Positions 49,635 through 60,729 of a stretch of 64,000 bases of DNA are shown here, one piece after another. The stretch is from sequence record NC_004928.1. One strand, 5' to 3'. The DNA is from Escherichia phage RB69. How positions within the stretch are numbered: position 1 is the stretch's first letter; every line of letters begins with the position of its first letter. Position numbers and translations under genes: made by a program. The notes under the pieces were generated by a model. The model saw only the letters and a program-made list of their open reading frames with translations, was not told the origin of the DNA and made no database searches.

Positions 49635-50759
49635 ATGGAAAAATTTATGGCAAGGTTTGGACAGGGATACGTCCAAACGCCGTTTTTATCGGAAAGCAAT
49701 TCAGTTAGATTTAAGCTAAGTATAGCGGGTTCATGCCCGCTTTCAACAACTAATCCGTATATTTTGTTCCAAAACGAGCCTTTAGGGTTGCAGTCTTTTG
49801 GTATTGGACTAAATGTTAGGGTGATAAATCCGGAAAATGGAACTATAGTTGATAGTAAATTATACAATTTTGCGCCTACAAATAATGCAACTTCAGCTGC
49901 ATTTATTTCGTTTGTTAATACATACGCAGATAATTTCATTTTCGCATTTATTTCTAATAACAAATTTAATTTGCCGCCAGAAATAATTGAATGGTTTAAA
50001 GCTGCTGGGAGTTCAGTTATACCGTCAATTGAAGTTGCTAGTCTTGTTGATATTTCATATTCAGCGTTTTATGTTTCAGGTAAAAATACTATTGCATTAG
50101 AACACATAAAATACAGTAATAAGAAAACAATTTCTGATTACGCAACTCCATTAGATATTGTATATGACTCTATTGCTGATATAGGTGCTACCGGCTATCC
50201 TAGACGTACATATGAAGCTCTAGAAACGTTTTTATCTCCTGTTGGAGGAACTAACAATGAAATAAAAAGGGTGCCTACATCATCCCTTGTTACTCCTATC
50301 GCAAACTATGGATTAAAGCCTACAGATTTTCTTTATTTGAAATTTCAATTAATGGCTGATGAAGAATTATTAGAGGAAGGAACCACAAGACTTTCAATTC
50401 GTTTCTTTAAGTCTCCATCTAGCTCTCCTATATCATCTAAAGATATAAACTTTGATGGAACTGCCGGGGAGTGGAAGCTATATGAAGAATACGTTGAAAT
50501 ACCAGCTGAAGCTGATGGCTTTACAGTATATTGTTACCGTACGGCCTCAGTCGGTCAAGGTGGACTAAGAAATGTTATTTTCACTGAAGTATCATGTAAC
50601 GGAAGTATAGCAAAACCCGCCGAGTTTGGTATAAACGGTATTCGTGTTAATTACATTGATGAATCATTAACCGGTAATGATATAATGGACTTGCCTACTC
50701 AGTTATCTAACGACACAGGTAAGGTATTTGGGCAGGAATTTAAAGAGTACACAGAATAA
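49635..50759 (+). CDS. 35: long tail fibre hinge protein gp35
   Basis: 374 aa, MEKFMARFGQGYVQTP as recalled for T4 gp35. Confidence 0.92.
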   Translation: MEKFMARFGQGYVQTPFLSESNSVRFKLSIAGSCPLSTTNPYILFQNEPLGLQSFGIGLNVRVINPENGTIVDSKLYNFAPTNNATSAAFISFVNTYADNFIFAFISNNKFNLPPEIIEWFKAAGSSVIPSIEVASLVDISYSAFYVSGKNTIALEHIKYSNKKTISDYATPLDIVYDSIADIGATGYPRRTYEALETFLSPVGGTNNEIKRVPTSSLVTPIANYGLKPTDFLYLKFQLMADEELLEEGTTRLSIRFFKSPSSSPISSKDINFDGTAGEWKLYEEYVEIPAEADGFTVYCYRTASVGQGGLRNVIFTEVSCNGSIAKPAEFGINGIRVNYIDESLTGNDIMDLPTQLSNDTGKVFGQEFKEYTE

Positions 50760-50760
50760 A

Positions 50761-50780
50761 GGAGACTTCGGTCTCCTTTT
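50761..50780 (+). terminator. C(UUCG)G hairpin plus T-run after gene 35
   Basis: ggagac-ttcg-gtctcc-tttt. Confidence 0.7.
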
Positions 50781-50784
50781 CGCG

Positions 50785-50792
50785 TATAAATA
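50785..50792 (+). promoter_or_regulatory. late promoter TATAAATA upstream of gene 36
   Basis: Exact TATAAATA. Confidence 0.6.
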
Positions 50793-50818
50793 CTTTAATA
50801 TTAATAAGGAGACACGAA

Positions 50819-51475
50819 ATGGCCGATTTAAAAGCCGGAAGTACAGTTGGTGGTTCCGTCATATGGCATCAAGGCAATTTTCCTTTAATGCCAGCTGGCG
50901 ACGACATCCTATATAAAACATTTAAATTATACACTGAATATAACAAGCCAAAAGCGGCTGATAACGATTTCGTATCTAAAGCAAATGGTGGGACATATCT
51001 CAAAAAGGTAATCTTTAACGAAGGTGTTGCAGTCAAAACAGCAGATGACCAAACGAATGGTATTTTTTCTGGTGGTGGTGACGCCGCGACATTCGACCAA
51101 ACAAACATGGATATTGTTTCGTGGTATGGTATTGGGTTTAAATCATCTCAAGGTACAGGTGAAAGAACTGTTGTAATTGATACTCGCACCGGTAATATAA
51201 GTTCTAAAGGCGTTATTGAAGCATCTCAATTCAGAGCCACAACGTTAGCACCTTTAAATAATTACGACCTTACTCGCAAAGATTATGTTGATAGTCAAAT
51301 AAATACAGTTAATGCTAATGCAAACAGTCGTGTACTCCGTTCAGGAGATACGATGACCGGCGCGCTAACCGCCCCAAACTTTTTCTCACAGAATCCTGCA
51401 TCTCAACCCTCGCATGTTCCACGATTTGATCAAATTGTTATTAAGGATTCTGTTCAAGATTTCGGCTATTATTAA
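50819..51475 (+). CDS. 36: long tail fibre distal connector gp36
   Basis: 218 aa; TATAAATA at 50785-50792. Confidence 0.92.
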   Translation: MADLKAGSTVGGSVIWHQGNFPLMPAGDDILYKTFKLYTEYNKPKAADNDFVSKANGGTYLKKVIFNEGVAVKTADDQTNGIFSGGGDAATFDQTNMDIVSWYGIGFKSSQGTGERTVVIDTRTGNISSKGVIEASQFRATTLAPLNNYDLTRKDYVDSQINTVNANANSRVLRSGDTMTGALTAPNFFSQNPASQPSHVPRFDQIVIKDSVQDFGYY

Positions 51476-51483
51476 GAGGACTT

Positions 51484-54400
51484 ATGGCTACTTTAAAACA
51501 AATACAATTTAAAAGAAGCAAAACTGCAGGAGCACGTCCTGCCGCTTCAGTATTAGCCGAAGGTGAATTGGCTATAAACTTAAAAGACCGTGTACTTTTT
51601 ACTAAAGATGACCAAGGAAATATTATTGATCTGGGTTTTGCTAAAGGTGGTAGTATTGACGGGAATGTTATTCATACTGGCAATTATAACCAAACTGGCG
51701 ATTATACTTTAAATGGCACCTTCACTCAGACAGGTAATTTTAATTTAACCGGTATTGCTCGAGTAACTCGTGATATTATTGCCGCTGGGCAGATTATGAC
51801 TGAAGGCGGTGAACTTATTACAAAAAGTTCAGGTACAGCACATGTTCGTTTTCATGATTCGGCTGATCGTGAACGTGGCATTATTTATGCACCGGCTAAT
51901 GATGGATTAACTACGCAAGTAGTTAATATCCGCGTTAAAGACTACGCCGCTGGTGATGAAAGCACCTATGCATTTTCGGGCAGTGGACTATTTACTTCAC
52001 CTGAAGTGTCAGCATGGAAATCTATGTCAACTCCTCAGATTTTGACAAATAGAGTTATTACTAATAATAAATCTACGAGCGATTATGACATTTATTCTAT
52101 GGCAGACAACGTTCCATTGTCTGAAAGCACTACTGCTATTAATCATCTCCGTGTTATGCGCAATGCTGTAGGCGCTGGTGTATTCCATGAAGTTAAAGAT
52201 AATGATGGAATAACTTGGTATACTGGAGATGGCTTAGACACTTATCTTTGGTCGTTTACCTGGTCCGGTGGATTGAAAGCAGGCCATTCTATTTCTGTTG
52301 GTACTCCTGGTGGCAATAAAGGATACTCTGAATTAGGGACTGCTTCAATTTCTCTTGGCGATAATGATACAGGCTTAAAATGGCATCAAGATGGATATTA
52401 TTTCAGCGTTAATAATGGAATAAAAACGTTTTTATTTAGTCCCAACGAAACAACTAGCCTAAGAAAATTTGTAGCTGGATATTCTACCACCGGAACCGAT
52501 TTAACTACTCCTCCAACTGAAAACTATGCTTTGGCCACTGTTGTTACTTACCATGATAATAACGCGTTTGGAGACGGTCAGACTCTTTTAGGATATTATC
52601 AAGGCGGTAACTATCATCATTATTTTCGCGGTAAGGGTACTACAAACATTAATACTCACGGCGGTTTGTTAGTTACTCCAGGTAATATTGATGTTATTGG
52701 CGGTTCTGTTAATATCGATGGTAGAAATAATTCTTCTACACTGATGTTTAGAGGTAACACGACCGGAGCTAGTTCAGTTGATAATATGACAATTTCCGTT
52801 TGGGGCAATACGTTTACTAATCCTAATGTAGGTAATCGTAAAAACGTCATGGAAATTTCTGATGCAACTAGCTGGATGAGCTATATTCAAAGACTTACTA
52901 CTGGTGAAGTAGAAATGAACGTTAATGGTTCATTTGAATCATCTGGTGTTACTGCTGGAGATAGGGGAGTTCACACAACAGGCGAAATTTCATCTGGGGC
53001 TGTGAATGCGCTTCGTATTTGGAATAATGATTATGGAGCCATTTTTAGACGTTCAGAAGGCAGTCTTCATATTATTCCAACTGCTTATGGTGAAGGTAAA
53101 CATGGTGATATCGGTCCACTTCGCCCGTTTAGTATGGCTTTAGATACCGGTAAAGTTACTATTCCAGATTTACAATCAAGTTACAATACGTTCGCTGCGA
53201 ACGGCTATATTAAATTTGTTGGTCATGGCGCTGGCGCTGGTGGTTATGATATTCAATATGTTCAAGCGGCTCCTATTTTCCAGGAAATCGATGATGATGC
53301 TGTAAGTAAATATTATCCTATTGTTAAGCAGAAGTTTTTAAACGGTAAAGCAGTTTGGTCTTTAGGTACTGAAATTAATTCGGGTACATTTGTTTTACAC
53401 CATATCAAAGAAGATGGATCACAAGGCCATACATCTCGTTTTAATCAAGACGGCACAGTTAATTTCCCTGATAATGTTCAGGTTGGTGGTGGTGAAGCTA
53501 CTATTGCTCGCAACGGTAACATCTGGTCTGATATCTGGAAAACGTTTACTTCTGCCGGTGATGTAACTAATATCCATGACGCTATTGCTACTCGTGTTGC
53601 CAAAGAAGGTGATACGATGACAGGCCGCTTAACTCTTAATGCAAACTCGGATGTTATTGTTATTAACAGTGCTGCAACCGAATCTGGCTATTTGAAAGGA
53701 CAAAAAGCCGGCGTTGATAACTGGTATGTAGGTAATGGTGGGGCTGATAATGCCATATCGTTTTATAGTTTCCGAAATAATTCAGGCATAAATGTTAATA
53801 ATGGTGGCGATATTGCTTTAAACCCAGAAGGGTCCGCCACTTTTAATTTTAATAAGGACCGACTTTATATAAATGGTTCGGTTTGGACCTCACACCAGGC
53901 CGGCGATTGGGGAAATCAATGGCGCCAGGAAGCTCCTGTATTTGTGGATTTTGGCTACGTCGGTAATGATAGTTATTATCCAATTATCAAAGGAAAATCT
54001 GGTATTACTAACGAAGGATATTTTTCAGGCGTTGATTTTGGTATGCGACGCATTCCTAATAACTGGGCACAAGGTATTATTCGTGTTGGTAACCAGGAAA
54101 ATGCTAGCGATCCGCAAGCTATCTTCGAATTCCACCATAATGGAAACATGTACGTTCCTGACATGGTTAAAGCTGGAGTAAGATTATCAGCTGGTGGAGG
54201 TGACCCTGCATGGACAGGCGCATGTGTTGTTATTGGTGATAATGACACTGGGTTAGTTCATGGCGGTGACGGTCGTATTAACATGGTTGCAAATGGAGTG
54301 CATATTGCTTCGTGGTCAGCTGCTTATCAGATCCATGAAGGTCTTTGGGATTCAACTGGTGCTTTATGGACTGAAACAGGAAGAGCTATTATTTCTTATG

Positions 54401-54795
54401 GGCATTTAGTCCAACAAAGTGATGCCTATTCCACATATGTCCGCGATGTTTATGTCCGCTCTGATATTCGTGTTAAAAAGAACCTCGTTAAATTTGAAAA
54501 TGCTTCTGAGAAGCTTTCTAAAATTAACGGTTACACTTATATGCAGAAGCGAGGCCTAGATGAAGAAGGCAATCAGAAATGGGAACCTAACGCCGGTTTA
54601 ATTGCTCAAGAAGTTCAAGCTATTTTACCAGAATTAGTTGAAGGCGACCCGGATGGTGAAGCTTTACTTCGTTTGAACTATAACGGTGTAATTGGTTTAA
54701 ATACAGCTGCAATCAATGAGCATACTGCAGAAATTGCAGAACTTAAGTCAGAGATTGAAGAGCTTAAAAAATTAGTTAAATCATTGTTAAAATAA
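51484..54795 (+). CDS. 37: long tail fibre distal subunit gp37 with C-terminal intramolecular-chaperone-like domain
   Basis: 1103 aa; C-terminal SDIRVKKNL...coiled coil resembles S74-type chaperone domain. Confidence 0.93.
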   Translation: MATLKQIQFKRSKTAGARPAASVLAEGELAINLKDRVLFTKDDQGNIIDLGFAKGGSIDGNVIHTGNYNQTGDYTLNGTFTQTGNFNLTGIARVTRDIIAAGQIMTEGGELITKSSGTAHVRFHDSADRERGIIYAPANDGLTTQVVNIRVKDYAAGDESTYAFSGSGLFTSPEVSAWKSMSTPQILTNRVITNNKSTSDYDIYSMADNVPLSESTTAINHLRVMRNAVGAGVFHEVKDNDGITWYTGDGLDTYLWSFTWSGGLKAGHSISVGTPGGNKGYSELGTASISLGDNDTGLKWHQDGYYFSVNNGIKTFLFSPNETTSLRKFVAGYSTTGTDLTTPPTENYALATVVTYHDNNAFGDGQTLLGYYQGGNYHHYFRGKGTTNINTHGGLLVTPGNIDVIGGSVNIDGRNNSSTLMFRGNTTGASSVDNMTISVWGNTFTNPNVGNRKNVMEISDATSWMSYIQRLTTGEVEMNVNGSFESSGVTAGDRGVHTTGEISSGAVNALRIWNNDYGAIFRRSEGSLHIIPTAYGEGKHGDIGPLRPFSMALDTGKVTIPDLQSSYNTFAANGYIKFVGHGAGAGGYDIQYVQAAPIFQEIDDDAVSKYYPIVKQKFLNGKAVWSLGTEINSGTFVLHHIKEDGSQGHTSRFNQDGTVNFPDNVQVGGGEATIARNGNIWSDIWKTFTSAGDVTNIHDAIATRVAKEGDTMTGRLTLNANSDVIVINSAATESGYLKGQKAGVDNWYVGNGGADNAISFYSFRNNSGINVNNGGDIALNPEGSATFNFNKDRLYINGSVWTSHQAGDWGNQWRQEAPVFVDFGYVGNDSYYPIIKGKSGITNEGYFSGVDFGMRRIPNNWAQGIIRVGNQENASDPQAIFEFHHNGNMYVPDMVKAGVRLSAGGGDPAWTGACVVIGDNDTGLVHGGDGRINMVANGVHIASWSAAYQIHEGLWDSTGALWTETGRAIISYGHLVQQSDAYSTYVRDVYVRSDIRVKKNLVKFENASEKLSKINGYTYMQKRGLDEEGNQKWEPNAGLIAQEVQAILPELVEGDPDGEALLRLNYNGVIGLNTAAINEHTAEIAELKSEIEELKKLVKSLLK

Positions 54796-54800
54796 TAAGA

Positions 54801-54814
54801 GGGGCTTCGGCCCC
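54801..54814 (+). terminator. intercistronic C(UUCG)G hairpin between 37 and 38 (attenuator or stabiliser)
   Basis: ggggc-ttcg-gcccc immediately followed by the gp38 RBS, no T-run. Confidence 0.45.
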
Positions 54815-54826
54815 TTGGAGGTGTAT

Positions 54827-55600
54827 ATGGCAGTTGAAGGACCGTGGGTAGGATGGTCTGCAAGGGTACAGACTGGAGATCCTTGGATGGGTGGTGCCGC
54901 ACAGAGATTGAGAATGGGAATTCCGTTTTGGATGAGTAATATGATAGGTCGATCTGTTGAAGTAATTCACACGCTTGGAGCAGACCATAACTTCAATGGT
55001 CAATGGTTCCGAGATAGATGTTTTGAGGCAGGTAGTGCACCTATAGTGTTTAATATCACCGGAAATTTGGTATCATATAGTAAAGATGTTCCATTATTCT
55101 TTATGTATGGCGATACACCAAATGAATATGTTACTTTGAATATTCATGGTGGAGTTCATATGTGGGGACGAGGTGGTAACGGTACTGTAAACGGAAACCC
55201 AGGCACAAATGGCGGCGATGTAATCCAAAATGATATCGGCGGAAGACTTCGTATTTGGAACTATGGCGTTATTGCATCAGGCGGCGGTGGTGGTGGTGCA
55301 GTGTCATTACAGAATAGCTGGGCGCCAAATGCTACAGCAGGCGGCGGTGGTGGTAGACCATTTGGCATCGGCGGAGGCGGCGTTAATTGGCCGGGTGGTA
55401 ATGCTAGTTATGACGCCCCGGGCGGTGCCGGTTACACTTCCCAATTCGGCGGAGGCAATGGCGGTGATGCTGGAGGTCGGGGCGGAGATGGATGGGGTAA
55501 TCACTTATCTAGATCTGGCGGTGGTGCTCCTGGCAGAGCAGTATTCGGAAGTTCACCGTCATGGGGTGCTACAGGCACAATCTACGGCTCCTGGATTTAA
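54827..55600 (+). CDS. 38: receptor-recognising tail fibre tip adhesin gp38 (T2/T6 type, glycine-rich motifs)
   Basis: Track ORF 54815 is TTG; ATG at 54827 (MAVEGPW) follows GGAGG; several poly-Gly motifs. Confidence 0.9.
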   Translation: MAVEGPWVGWSARVQTGDPWMGGAAQRLRMGIPFWMSNMIGRSVEVIHTLGADHNFNGQWFRDRCFEAGSAPIVFNITGNLVSYSKDVPLFFMYGDTPNEYVTLNIHGGVHMWGRGGNGTVNGNPGTNGGDVIQNDIGGRLRIWNYGVIASGGGGGGAVSLQNSWAPNATAGGGGGRPFGIGGGGVNWPGGNASYDAPGGAGYTSQFGGGNGGDAGGRGGDGWGNHLSRSGGGAPGRAVFGSSPSWGATGTIYGSWI

Positions 55601-55618
55601 ACGATAATACCTCTCAAT

Positions 55619-55626
55619 TATAAATA
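55619..55626 (+). promoter_or_regulatory. late promoter TATAAATA upstream of t
   Basis: Exact TATAAATA. Confidence 0.6.
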
Positions 55627-55645
55627 TTGATAAATGGGAGGTAAT

Positions 55646-56305
55646 ATGGCAGCACCAAAAGTATCATTTTCGCCTAGTGATATTTTATTTGGGTTGCTAG
55701 ACCGCATTTTCAAAGATAACGCCTCTGGAAATATTCTTATTTCAAGAGTTGCTGTTGTAGTTCTTTTGTTCCTAATGGCACTAATATGGTACAAAGGGAA
55801 TATTTTTATGGATTATTACGTGAGGTCGAAATATGATACTTACACAGAAGTAATTCAAAAAGAAAGAAATACACGATTTGAATCTGCGGCTTTAGAACAA
55901 CTACAAATAGTCCACGTCACATCAAGGGCGGATTTTAGTTCGGTGTATTCTTTCAGACCTAAAAATCTAAATTATTTCGTCGACCTTATTGCGTATGAAG
56001 GTAAGTTACCTAGCACAGTAACTGAAAAATCTATGGGAGGATTTCCTGTCGATAAAACGACAGCAGAATATTCGGTCCATTTAAGTGGACTTCACTTTAC
56101 TTCTAAAACAGATTTTGCTTTCTTACCTACCAAATCAAAAACTCCGGAACTGGCATATATGTATAGTTGTCCTTACTTCAATTTGGATAACATATATGCG
56201 GGAACTGTTTCTATGTATTGGTATAAGGGGTCGGATGTGTTAAATGAAGAACGCTTGGCTGCAATATGCAACCAAGCAGCAAGGATATTAGGGCGGGCTA
56301 AATAA
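55646..56305 (+). CDS. t: holin T
   Basis: Track ORF 55634; ATG at 55646 (MAAPKVSF) follows GGAGG; N-terminal TM helix; T4 T similarity. Confidence 0.93.
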   Translation: MAAPKVSFSPSDILFGLLDRIFKDNASGNILISRVAVVVLLFLMALIWYKGNIFMDYYVRSKYDTYTEVIQKERNTRFESAALEQLQIVHVTSRADFSSVYSFRPKNLNYFVDLIAYEGKLPSTVTEKSMGGFPVDKTTAEYSVHLSGLHFTSKTDFAFLPTKSKTPELAYMYSCPYFNLDNIYAGTVSMYWYKGSDVLNEERLAAICNQAARILGRAK

Positions 56306-56578
56306 TTAGTTGTTAGAATACATCGTCAAATGGCGATAAATATTTTCAAAACCTTCATTGAATTCACTAATCAGTGTTTTCTTTTCTTCGGCAGTTAAAT
56401 TTGTAATTAGTTTTCTGAACGAATTCTGATTTAGCTGCCGACCATCTTTTTTAATTCCAATCTCATTCAAGAATCCGATGAAATTTGCTCGGTCTTCAAC
56501 AATATCTTCCCTAGAGAATTTAATCAAAATAGAAGCAATAGTAATAATTTCACGTACGATTTCAATGTCTTTATTCAT
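56306..56578 (-). CDS. asiA: anti-sigma70 factor AsiA
   Basis: 90 aa, near-identical to recalled T4 AsiA. Confidence 0.95.
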   Translation of the reverse strand: MNKDIEIVREIITIASILIKFSREDIVEDRANFIGFLNEIGIKKDGRQLNQNSFRKLITNLTAEEKKTLISEFNEGFENIYRHLTMYSNN

Positions 56579-56625
56579 AACGTTTTATTCATTCCATTTG
56601 GTTCGATATGAGTATAGTACCATTA

Positions 56626-56787
56626 TCAGTGTTGATTGTAAACAGCTTTTTCTACACTTTTAACGTAATCAGTGTAGTCTTCCTGTTCATACGAGTGTAA
56701 GGCCAAGAACGTGGCTAATAGTTCATTATAGACTAAAGCCTCACGCTCACGTTCGGCCTCTACTACGTTCTGAAGATTATGACTCAT
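56626..56787 (-). CDS. hypothetical small protein
   Basis: Track ORF to 56841; Met at 56787 preceded by AAGGAA RBS. Confidence 0.45.
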   Translation of the reverse strand: MSHNLQNVVEAEREREALVYNELLATFLALHSYEQEDYTDYVKSVEKAVYNQH

Positions 56788-57076
56788 ATTGTTCCTTATA
56801 ACTATCAATGTAGTCCTGTATGTCGAAGAATGACATTTCATATTCTAGGACATTAAGAGCCCGTTCTTCAGTATAGTCAGAACCAAATACGATAGTGATT
56901 TCACCAGGCTTCATACGATCGAAATCAACACTAAAATGAATACGAGAACATACTTCGTCTGCCATATCTGCAACAACACTACGATACACTTCTCGGTTAA
57001 CCTGATAAAGCTCTGCAAGTTCTTCACATCGAATAACAAGTTCAGTGGCAGGATTTTCTTTTATTTTAGTAAGCAT
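56777..57076 (-). CDS. acidic small protein, possibly Arn-like anti-restriction protein (positional guess)
   Basis: Track ORF to 57163; Met at 57076 gives about 99 aa, net acidic; T4 arn lies between asiA and motA. Confidence 0.4.
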   Translation of the reverse strand: MLTKIKENPATELVIRCEELAELYQVNREVYRSVVADMADEVCSRIHFSVDFDRMKPGEITIVFGSDYTEERALNVLEYEMSFFDIQDYIDSYKEQYES

Positions 57077-57159
57077 AGTCTTTACCCTTATGTTTTTGTT
57101 TGCGTTTAGATTGAAGTTCCGATTTCTTCTTGTCCTTATGGACGGAAGCCTTATTGAAA

Positions 57160-57378
57160 TCATGTTTTGCTACAAGATTGTTCATAATGATTTATAACCT
57201 CATTTAAACATTTATCGGTAAAAGAAAACTTTTTAGCCACAGAACATTCGATAATGTGTTCTTTCAAATCTTTAGAGTCAGTATAACCCATCTCAGTAAT
57301 AAAGTGGCGAATTAAAGCTTTATTCTTATCATTAACAGAATTAAAATAATCTGCTTTAGAATCAATTATTCTCATCAT
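57160..57378 (-). CDS. hypothetical protein
   Basis: 72 aa ORF. Confidence 0.5.
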   Translation of the reverse strand: MMRIIDSKADYFNSVNDKNKALIRHFITEMGYTDSKDLKEHIIECSVAKKFSFTDKCLNEVINHYEQSCSKT

Positions 57379-57643
57379 CTAATTTCCTTAATTGATATTG
57401 CAACGAGCTAATAATTTCTTCGTTCATTTTAATATACATGTCACGCAAGAAAGGTTTTAACCCTTCACGAATAATTGCTAATGTATCACCTTTACATAAA
57501 TTAACCAAATACGGATGATCTAAAGCGTCCCAACCAGGCTGATTAGCATACATGCCATAGTTTTCTTCCATCATATGATTAAGACGTTTGATATCTTGGA
57601 TACGTGATTCAATAGCATCTTTCTGGAGTTGTTTAATATTCAT
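57362..57643 (-). CDS. hypothetical protein
   Basis: 93 aa ORF. Confidence 0.5.
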   Translation of the reverse strand: MNIKQLQKDAIESRIQDIKRLNHMMEENYGMYANQPGWDALDHPYLVNLCKGDTLAIIREGLKPFLRDMYIKMNEEIISSLQYQLRKLDDENN

Positions 57644-58104
57644 TAATAAAGGTCCTCTGAATAAAGTTCTTTCTCACTTCCACCACGTTCAATACGTACC
57701 TGTCCAGCATACGTTGCAATAATCATTGCTTCTTCACGCGTCCAGTAATTAGAGTATTGGTCAATAAAGCCTTGGTCGTCACCACAAACTTGTTGCGAGA
57801 CTAATTGAGGACCAACTATATCAAGTACTTCAGCCATATCTTTAGAGTAATGACGAACTCCAGGAATAATCAGAGTTCCGCCGCTCTTCAATTTAAATCT
57901 ATTAGCTGCACATACTATAACACGTTGAACTTTTTGGTCATTGTTCCAATAGCACGTTTGCCAACAGATTTCAGGAACTTCATTCATTATATCATCAGCA
58001 GAATAATTATAACCGTAGGACTGGAATTTTTCTGCTAGACTTTCAGGAGTCTCACGAGACAAGGCCAAATCTAATAGCTCTAAACGTTCTTTAAATGATT
58101 TCAT
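57643..58104 (-). CDS. hypothetical protein
   Basis: 153 aa ORF. Confidence 0.55.
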   Translation of the reverse strand: MKSFKERLELLDLALSRETPESLAEKFQSYGYNYSADDIMNEVPEICWQTCYWNNDQKVQRVIVCAANRFKLKSGGTLIIPGVRHYSKDMAEVLDIVGPQLVSQQVCGDDQGFIDQYSNYWTREEAMIIATYAGQVRIERGGSEKELYSEDLY

Positions 58105-58430
58105 TTAAGCCATTCCTTAATACGTTGCCAAATAGATTTTTGTGATTGTTTATTTACACCAATCGAACGAATAACCGGTTGTGACTGCTGATATTCTTTA
58201 TAATCTTCTTTATAGATTTCGTAAGCTGCATCAACAAATGAACTGATCGCTGCCATGTAGTTTTTACGAAGGCCAAATGGCGCGTCATTATTTTCACGAA
58301 TAACCGTATATTGGCCTGCTTTAATCTTTACAATTGTCCCTAAATAAGCCCCGTGGTACCAAATATCCCATCCTTCCTGAGTAGGTTCTGCACATTTACG
58401 AAGTTCGTTAATAATATTCAGCTTATTCAT
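58101..58430 (-). CDS. hypothetical protein
   Basis: 109 aa ORF. Confidence 0.55.
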   Translation of the reverse strand: MNKLNIINELRKCAEPTQEGWDIWYHGAYLGTIVKIKAGQYTVIRENNDAPFGLRKNYMAAISSFVDAAYEIYKEDYKEYQQSQPVIRSIGVNKQSQKSIWQRIKEWLK

Positions 58431-58440
58431 TATGTATTCC

Positions 58441-59073
58441 TCACAGTACGTTAGTTACAAGGGTAATGATTTCTTTGGACACATTAGGGAAGTCAATGTA
58501 AGTATATTTACCACCGATCTTAATCTTAACATCATTTTCAAGAGAAGTAAACAGCTTTGATTCAGTTTCTGACATGTTGTATGCAAAGATTCTAAGAGCG
58601 CCATCTCGTCGAATTTCAATTTGGCGAATGCCTAGAACTCGTTTAGCGAATCGAACTTCTAAGTTACTACGGTTTTCACCAATTTCTTTAACTTCAACTT
58701 TATCTTTAATATTTTCAAAAACAAAGTTTGCTAATTCATGCATTTCAGGAGTAACTCCACGTGCTTTTCTGGTGTTACGTTTCTGAAGAAGTTCTGGAGC
58801 ATTTTCTTGGGCAAAGAGGTCTGCAGCTTTTTGGATAATATCCATTGCTTCGCCGGTTGCCACAAGTCCATCACCAGATTTTTCGACTAAACCTTTCTTA
58901 ATCAATACACCAATGTTAGAGTTAACAACTGATGCATTGTATTCTGCTTCCAGAGCTTCACGGACATTGGCAGCAGTGGTGAAGTTGTTCTTAATGATAT
59001 AAACCATTATTGCAGCAGTTTTTTCATTCAGAGCGTTTTCAGAAGCTTTGATGATGTAAGTAACTTTAGACAT
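58441..59073 (-). CDS. motA: middle-promoter transcription activator MotA
   Basis: 210 aa; N-terminus MSKVTYIIKAS as in T4 MotA; early promoter-like element upstream. Confidence 0.9.
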   Translation of the reverse strand: MSKVTYIIKASENALNEKTAAIMVYIIKNNFTTAANVREALEAEYNASVVNSNIGVLIKKGLVEKSGDGLVATGEAMDIIQKAADLFAQENAPELLQKRNTRKARGVTPEMHELANFVFENIKDKVEVKEIGENRSNLEVRFAKRVLGIRQIEIRRDGALRIFAYNMSETESKLFTSLENDVKIKIGGKYTYIDFPNVSKEIITLVTNVL

Positions 59074-59100
59074 TTTATTTCTCCAAATTAGTATTTGTTT

Positions 59101-59129
59101 TGATAGGTCTATAATATCATGTTTGAAGC
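59101..59129 (-). promoter_or_regulatory. early promoter-like element upstream of motA (GTTTAC, 17 nt, TATTAT)
   Basis: Minus-strand hexamers upstream of motA. Confidence 0.5.
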
Positions 59130-59145
59130 ATATGTAAACTGTTTT

Positions 59146-59182
59146 GTGAGAAAAAAATGCACAAAAGGGAGCTTCGGCTCCC
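59146..59182 (-). terminator. terminator downstream of gene 52
   Basis: gggagc-cgaa-gctccc with T-run on minus strand. Confidence 0.6.
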
Positions 59183-59258
59183 TAATCATGTTTGTCCAAC
59201 CAATACAGCCAAATCACTAATGCAGCTATTGCACCGAGAAATCCTAAGGCTAGGGCAC

Positions 59259-60584
59259 TCAAAGTGCCTCCAAGTCTTTAGTGTACTCTGTCACAACATC
59301 AGTAGACTTCCAATACTCATTTTCTTCTTTCTTAGCTTTAGCTTCTTCTGCCAGTTTACGTGATTCATCGGAAGTGATATGGAAGATGTTAAGACCTACC
59401 AGTTTATCGACATGTTCTTTATACATTTCGATTTGTGCTAGCTCTTCAGTCAAAGCTTTACGAGTCTTGCCCTGAATCACAATTTCGCCACTGATAACTT
59501 TTTTGATGAAGTGGGCCTTAGCAAAAGCAAGTTTAAATGCTTTTTCAGATTCAAGGATTTTGTTGTCAATACGTTTCTGAACGTAAGTCTTACGGACTTC
59601 AACAAAATCTTTGATTAAGTCCACTACGTTATCGTAGACAGCTAATTTACCCTTTTCATTAATCACTGTGATGTTTTGTGAACGACGTTCGATGAGACTA
59701 AAATCTTTCATGATTTTTTCATGACGTAGCTCTTCATCATCAGGAAGCGAGTACTCTTTACGGAACTTCACCTTAAACCCAAAGCCGTGTTCACCGCAAT
59801 CATCTTCCCATGAGATTAGACCTTTGTCTTCCAACGGGTCAAGAACCTTACTCACATACGTTTCACGGTCGAATTTATATGGGATTTCAGTTATCTGCAT
59901 TTGAGTGCGAGATGTGAACTTATATGTTCCGTGAATCTCATAACGCCCATCAACTTCATGTACTTCACCACGGAATTCCGGGAATTCAACTTTTGGCTTA
60001 GTGACATTTTTACCTTGAAGAGCTTGTAATACGGCCTTTTTGACCGATTTAAAACTATGAGGCAGAATATTTGTTGCGTAACCGGTTGCAATACCGGAGA
60101 CACCATTCAAAAGAACTGTTGGAATAATAGGAAGATAGAATTTTGGCGGAATGTGTTCTTTATCTTCATGAGCTGGAGCATATTCAGTATCTTTATATAC
60201 GTTATAGAAATTTTTACTTACACGAGCAAAAATATAACGAGATGCTGCAGCCTTTTGGACTGTTCTAGAGCCAAAGTTGCCTTGGCCATCTAACAGTGGA
60301 TAGTTGTTATTCCATGTGTTAGCCATCAATGCACCTGCATCTTGTGCAGAAGATTCACCATGGTGATAACCTAAATCTGCAACACCGCCTGCAATTGACG
60401 CAAGTTTATGAAATTTTTCTTTATTACCACGAGCCAAATCTAACGCACGATGAACCACAAAACGTTGAACCGGCTTAAATCCATCAATCATGTTCGGGAT
60501 TGCACGGTTTTCAACGGTGTACATCGCATATGCTAAGGCTTCGTTATCAATAATACTTTTTAGATTACGAGAATTCAATTGCAT
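59259..60584 (-). CDS. 52: DNA topoisomerase II medium subunit gp52
   Basis: 441 aa, near-identical to recalled T4 gp52. Confidence 0.95.
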   Translation of the reverse strand: MQLNSRNLKSIIDNEALAYAMYTVENRAIPNMIDGFKPVQRFVVHRALDLARGNKEKFHKLASIAGGVADLGYHHGESSAQDAGALMANTWNNNYPLLDGQGNFGSRTVQKAAASRYIFARVSKNFYNVYKDTEYAPAHEDKEHIPPKFYLPIIPTVLLNGVSGIATGYATNILPHSFKSVKKAVLQALQGKNVTKPKVEFPEFRGEVHEVDGRYEIHGTYKFTSRTQMQITEIPYKFDRETYVSKVLDPLEDKGLISWEDDCGEHGFGFKVKFRKEYSLPDDEELRHEKIMKDFSLIERRSQNITVINEKGKLAVYDNVVDLIKDFVEVRKTYVQKRIDNKILESEKAFKLAFAKAHFIKKVISGEIVIQGKTRKALTEELAQIEMYKEHVDKLVGLNIFHITSDESRKLAEEAKAKKEENEYWKSTDVVTEYTKDLEAL

Positions 60585-60588
60585 ATTT

Positions 60589-60729
60589 TCACCATATTAA
60601 TGAATGAATAACCATTATAACATCTGAAATGAAAAGCACTACTTGGACTAGTCCAAACATCACACCATAGTACAGAACCGTAAGCAACAACAAGAGCCCT
60701 AAGGCTCCTGCTAAGATTTTCTTAATCAT
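60589..60729 (-). CDS. small hydrophobic membrane peptide (46 aa)
   Basis: Hand translation MIKKILAGALGLLLLLTVLYYGVMF...; start overlaps upstream stop (TAATG). Confidence 0.45.
   Translation of the reverse strand: MIKKILAGALGLLLLLTVLYYGVMFGLVQVVLFISDVIMVIHSLIW

Noticed and set aside
45793-54795. Possibility that the tail fibre genes are a horizontally acquired mosaic or mobile cassette
   Set aside because: Gene order 34-35-36-37-38 and flanking genes are exactly T-even; no integrase, transposase or terminal repeats; only the gp38 type differs from T4.
55250-55560. Short GGCGGTGGTGG repeats that could be mistaken for a repeat array or CRISPR
   Set aside because: They encode the glycine-rich motifs of gp38 in frame; no spacer/repeat periodicity; no cas genes.
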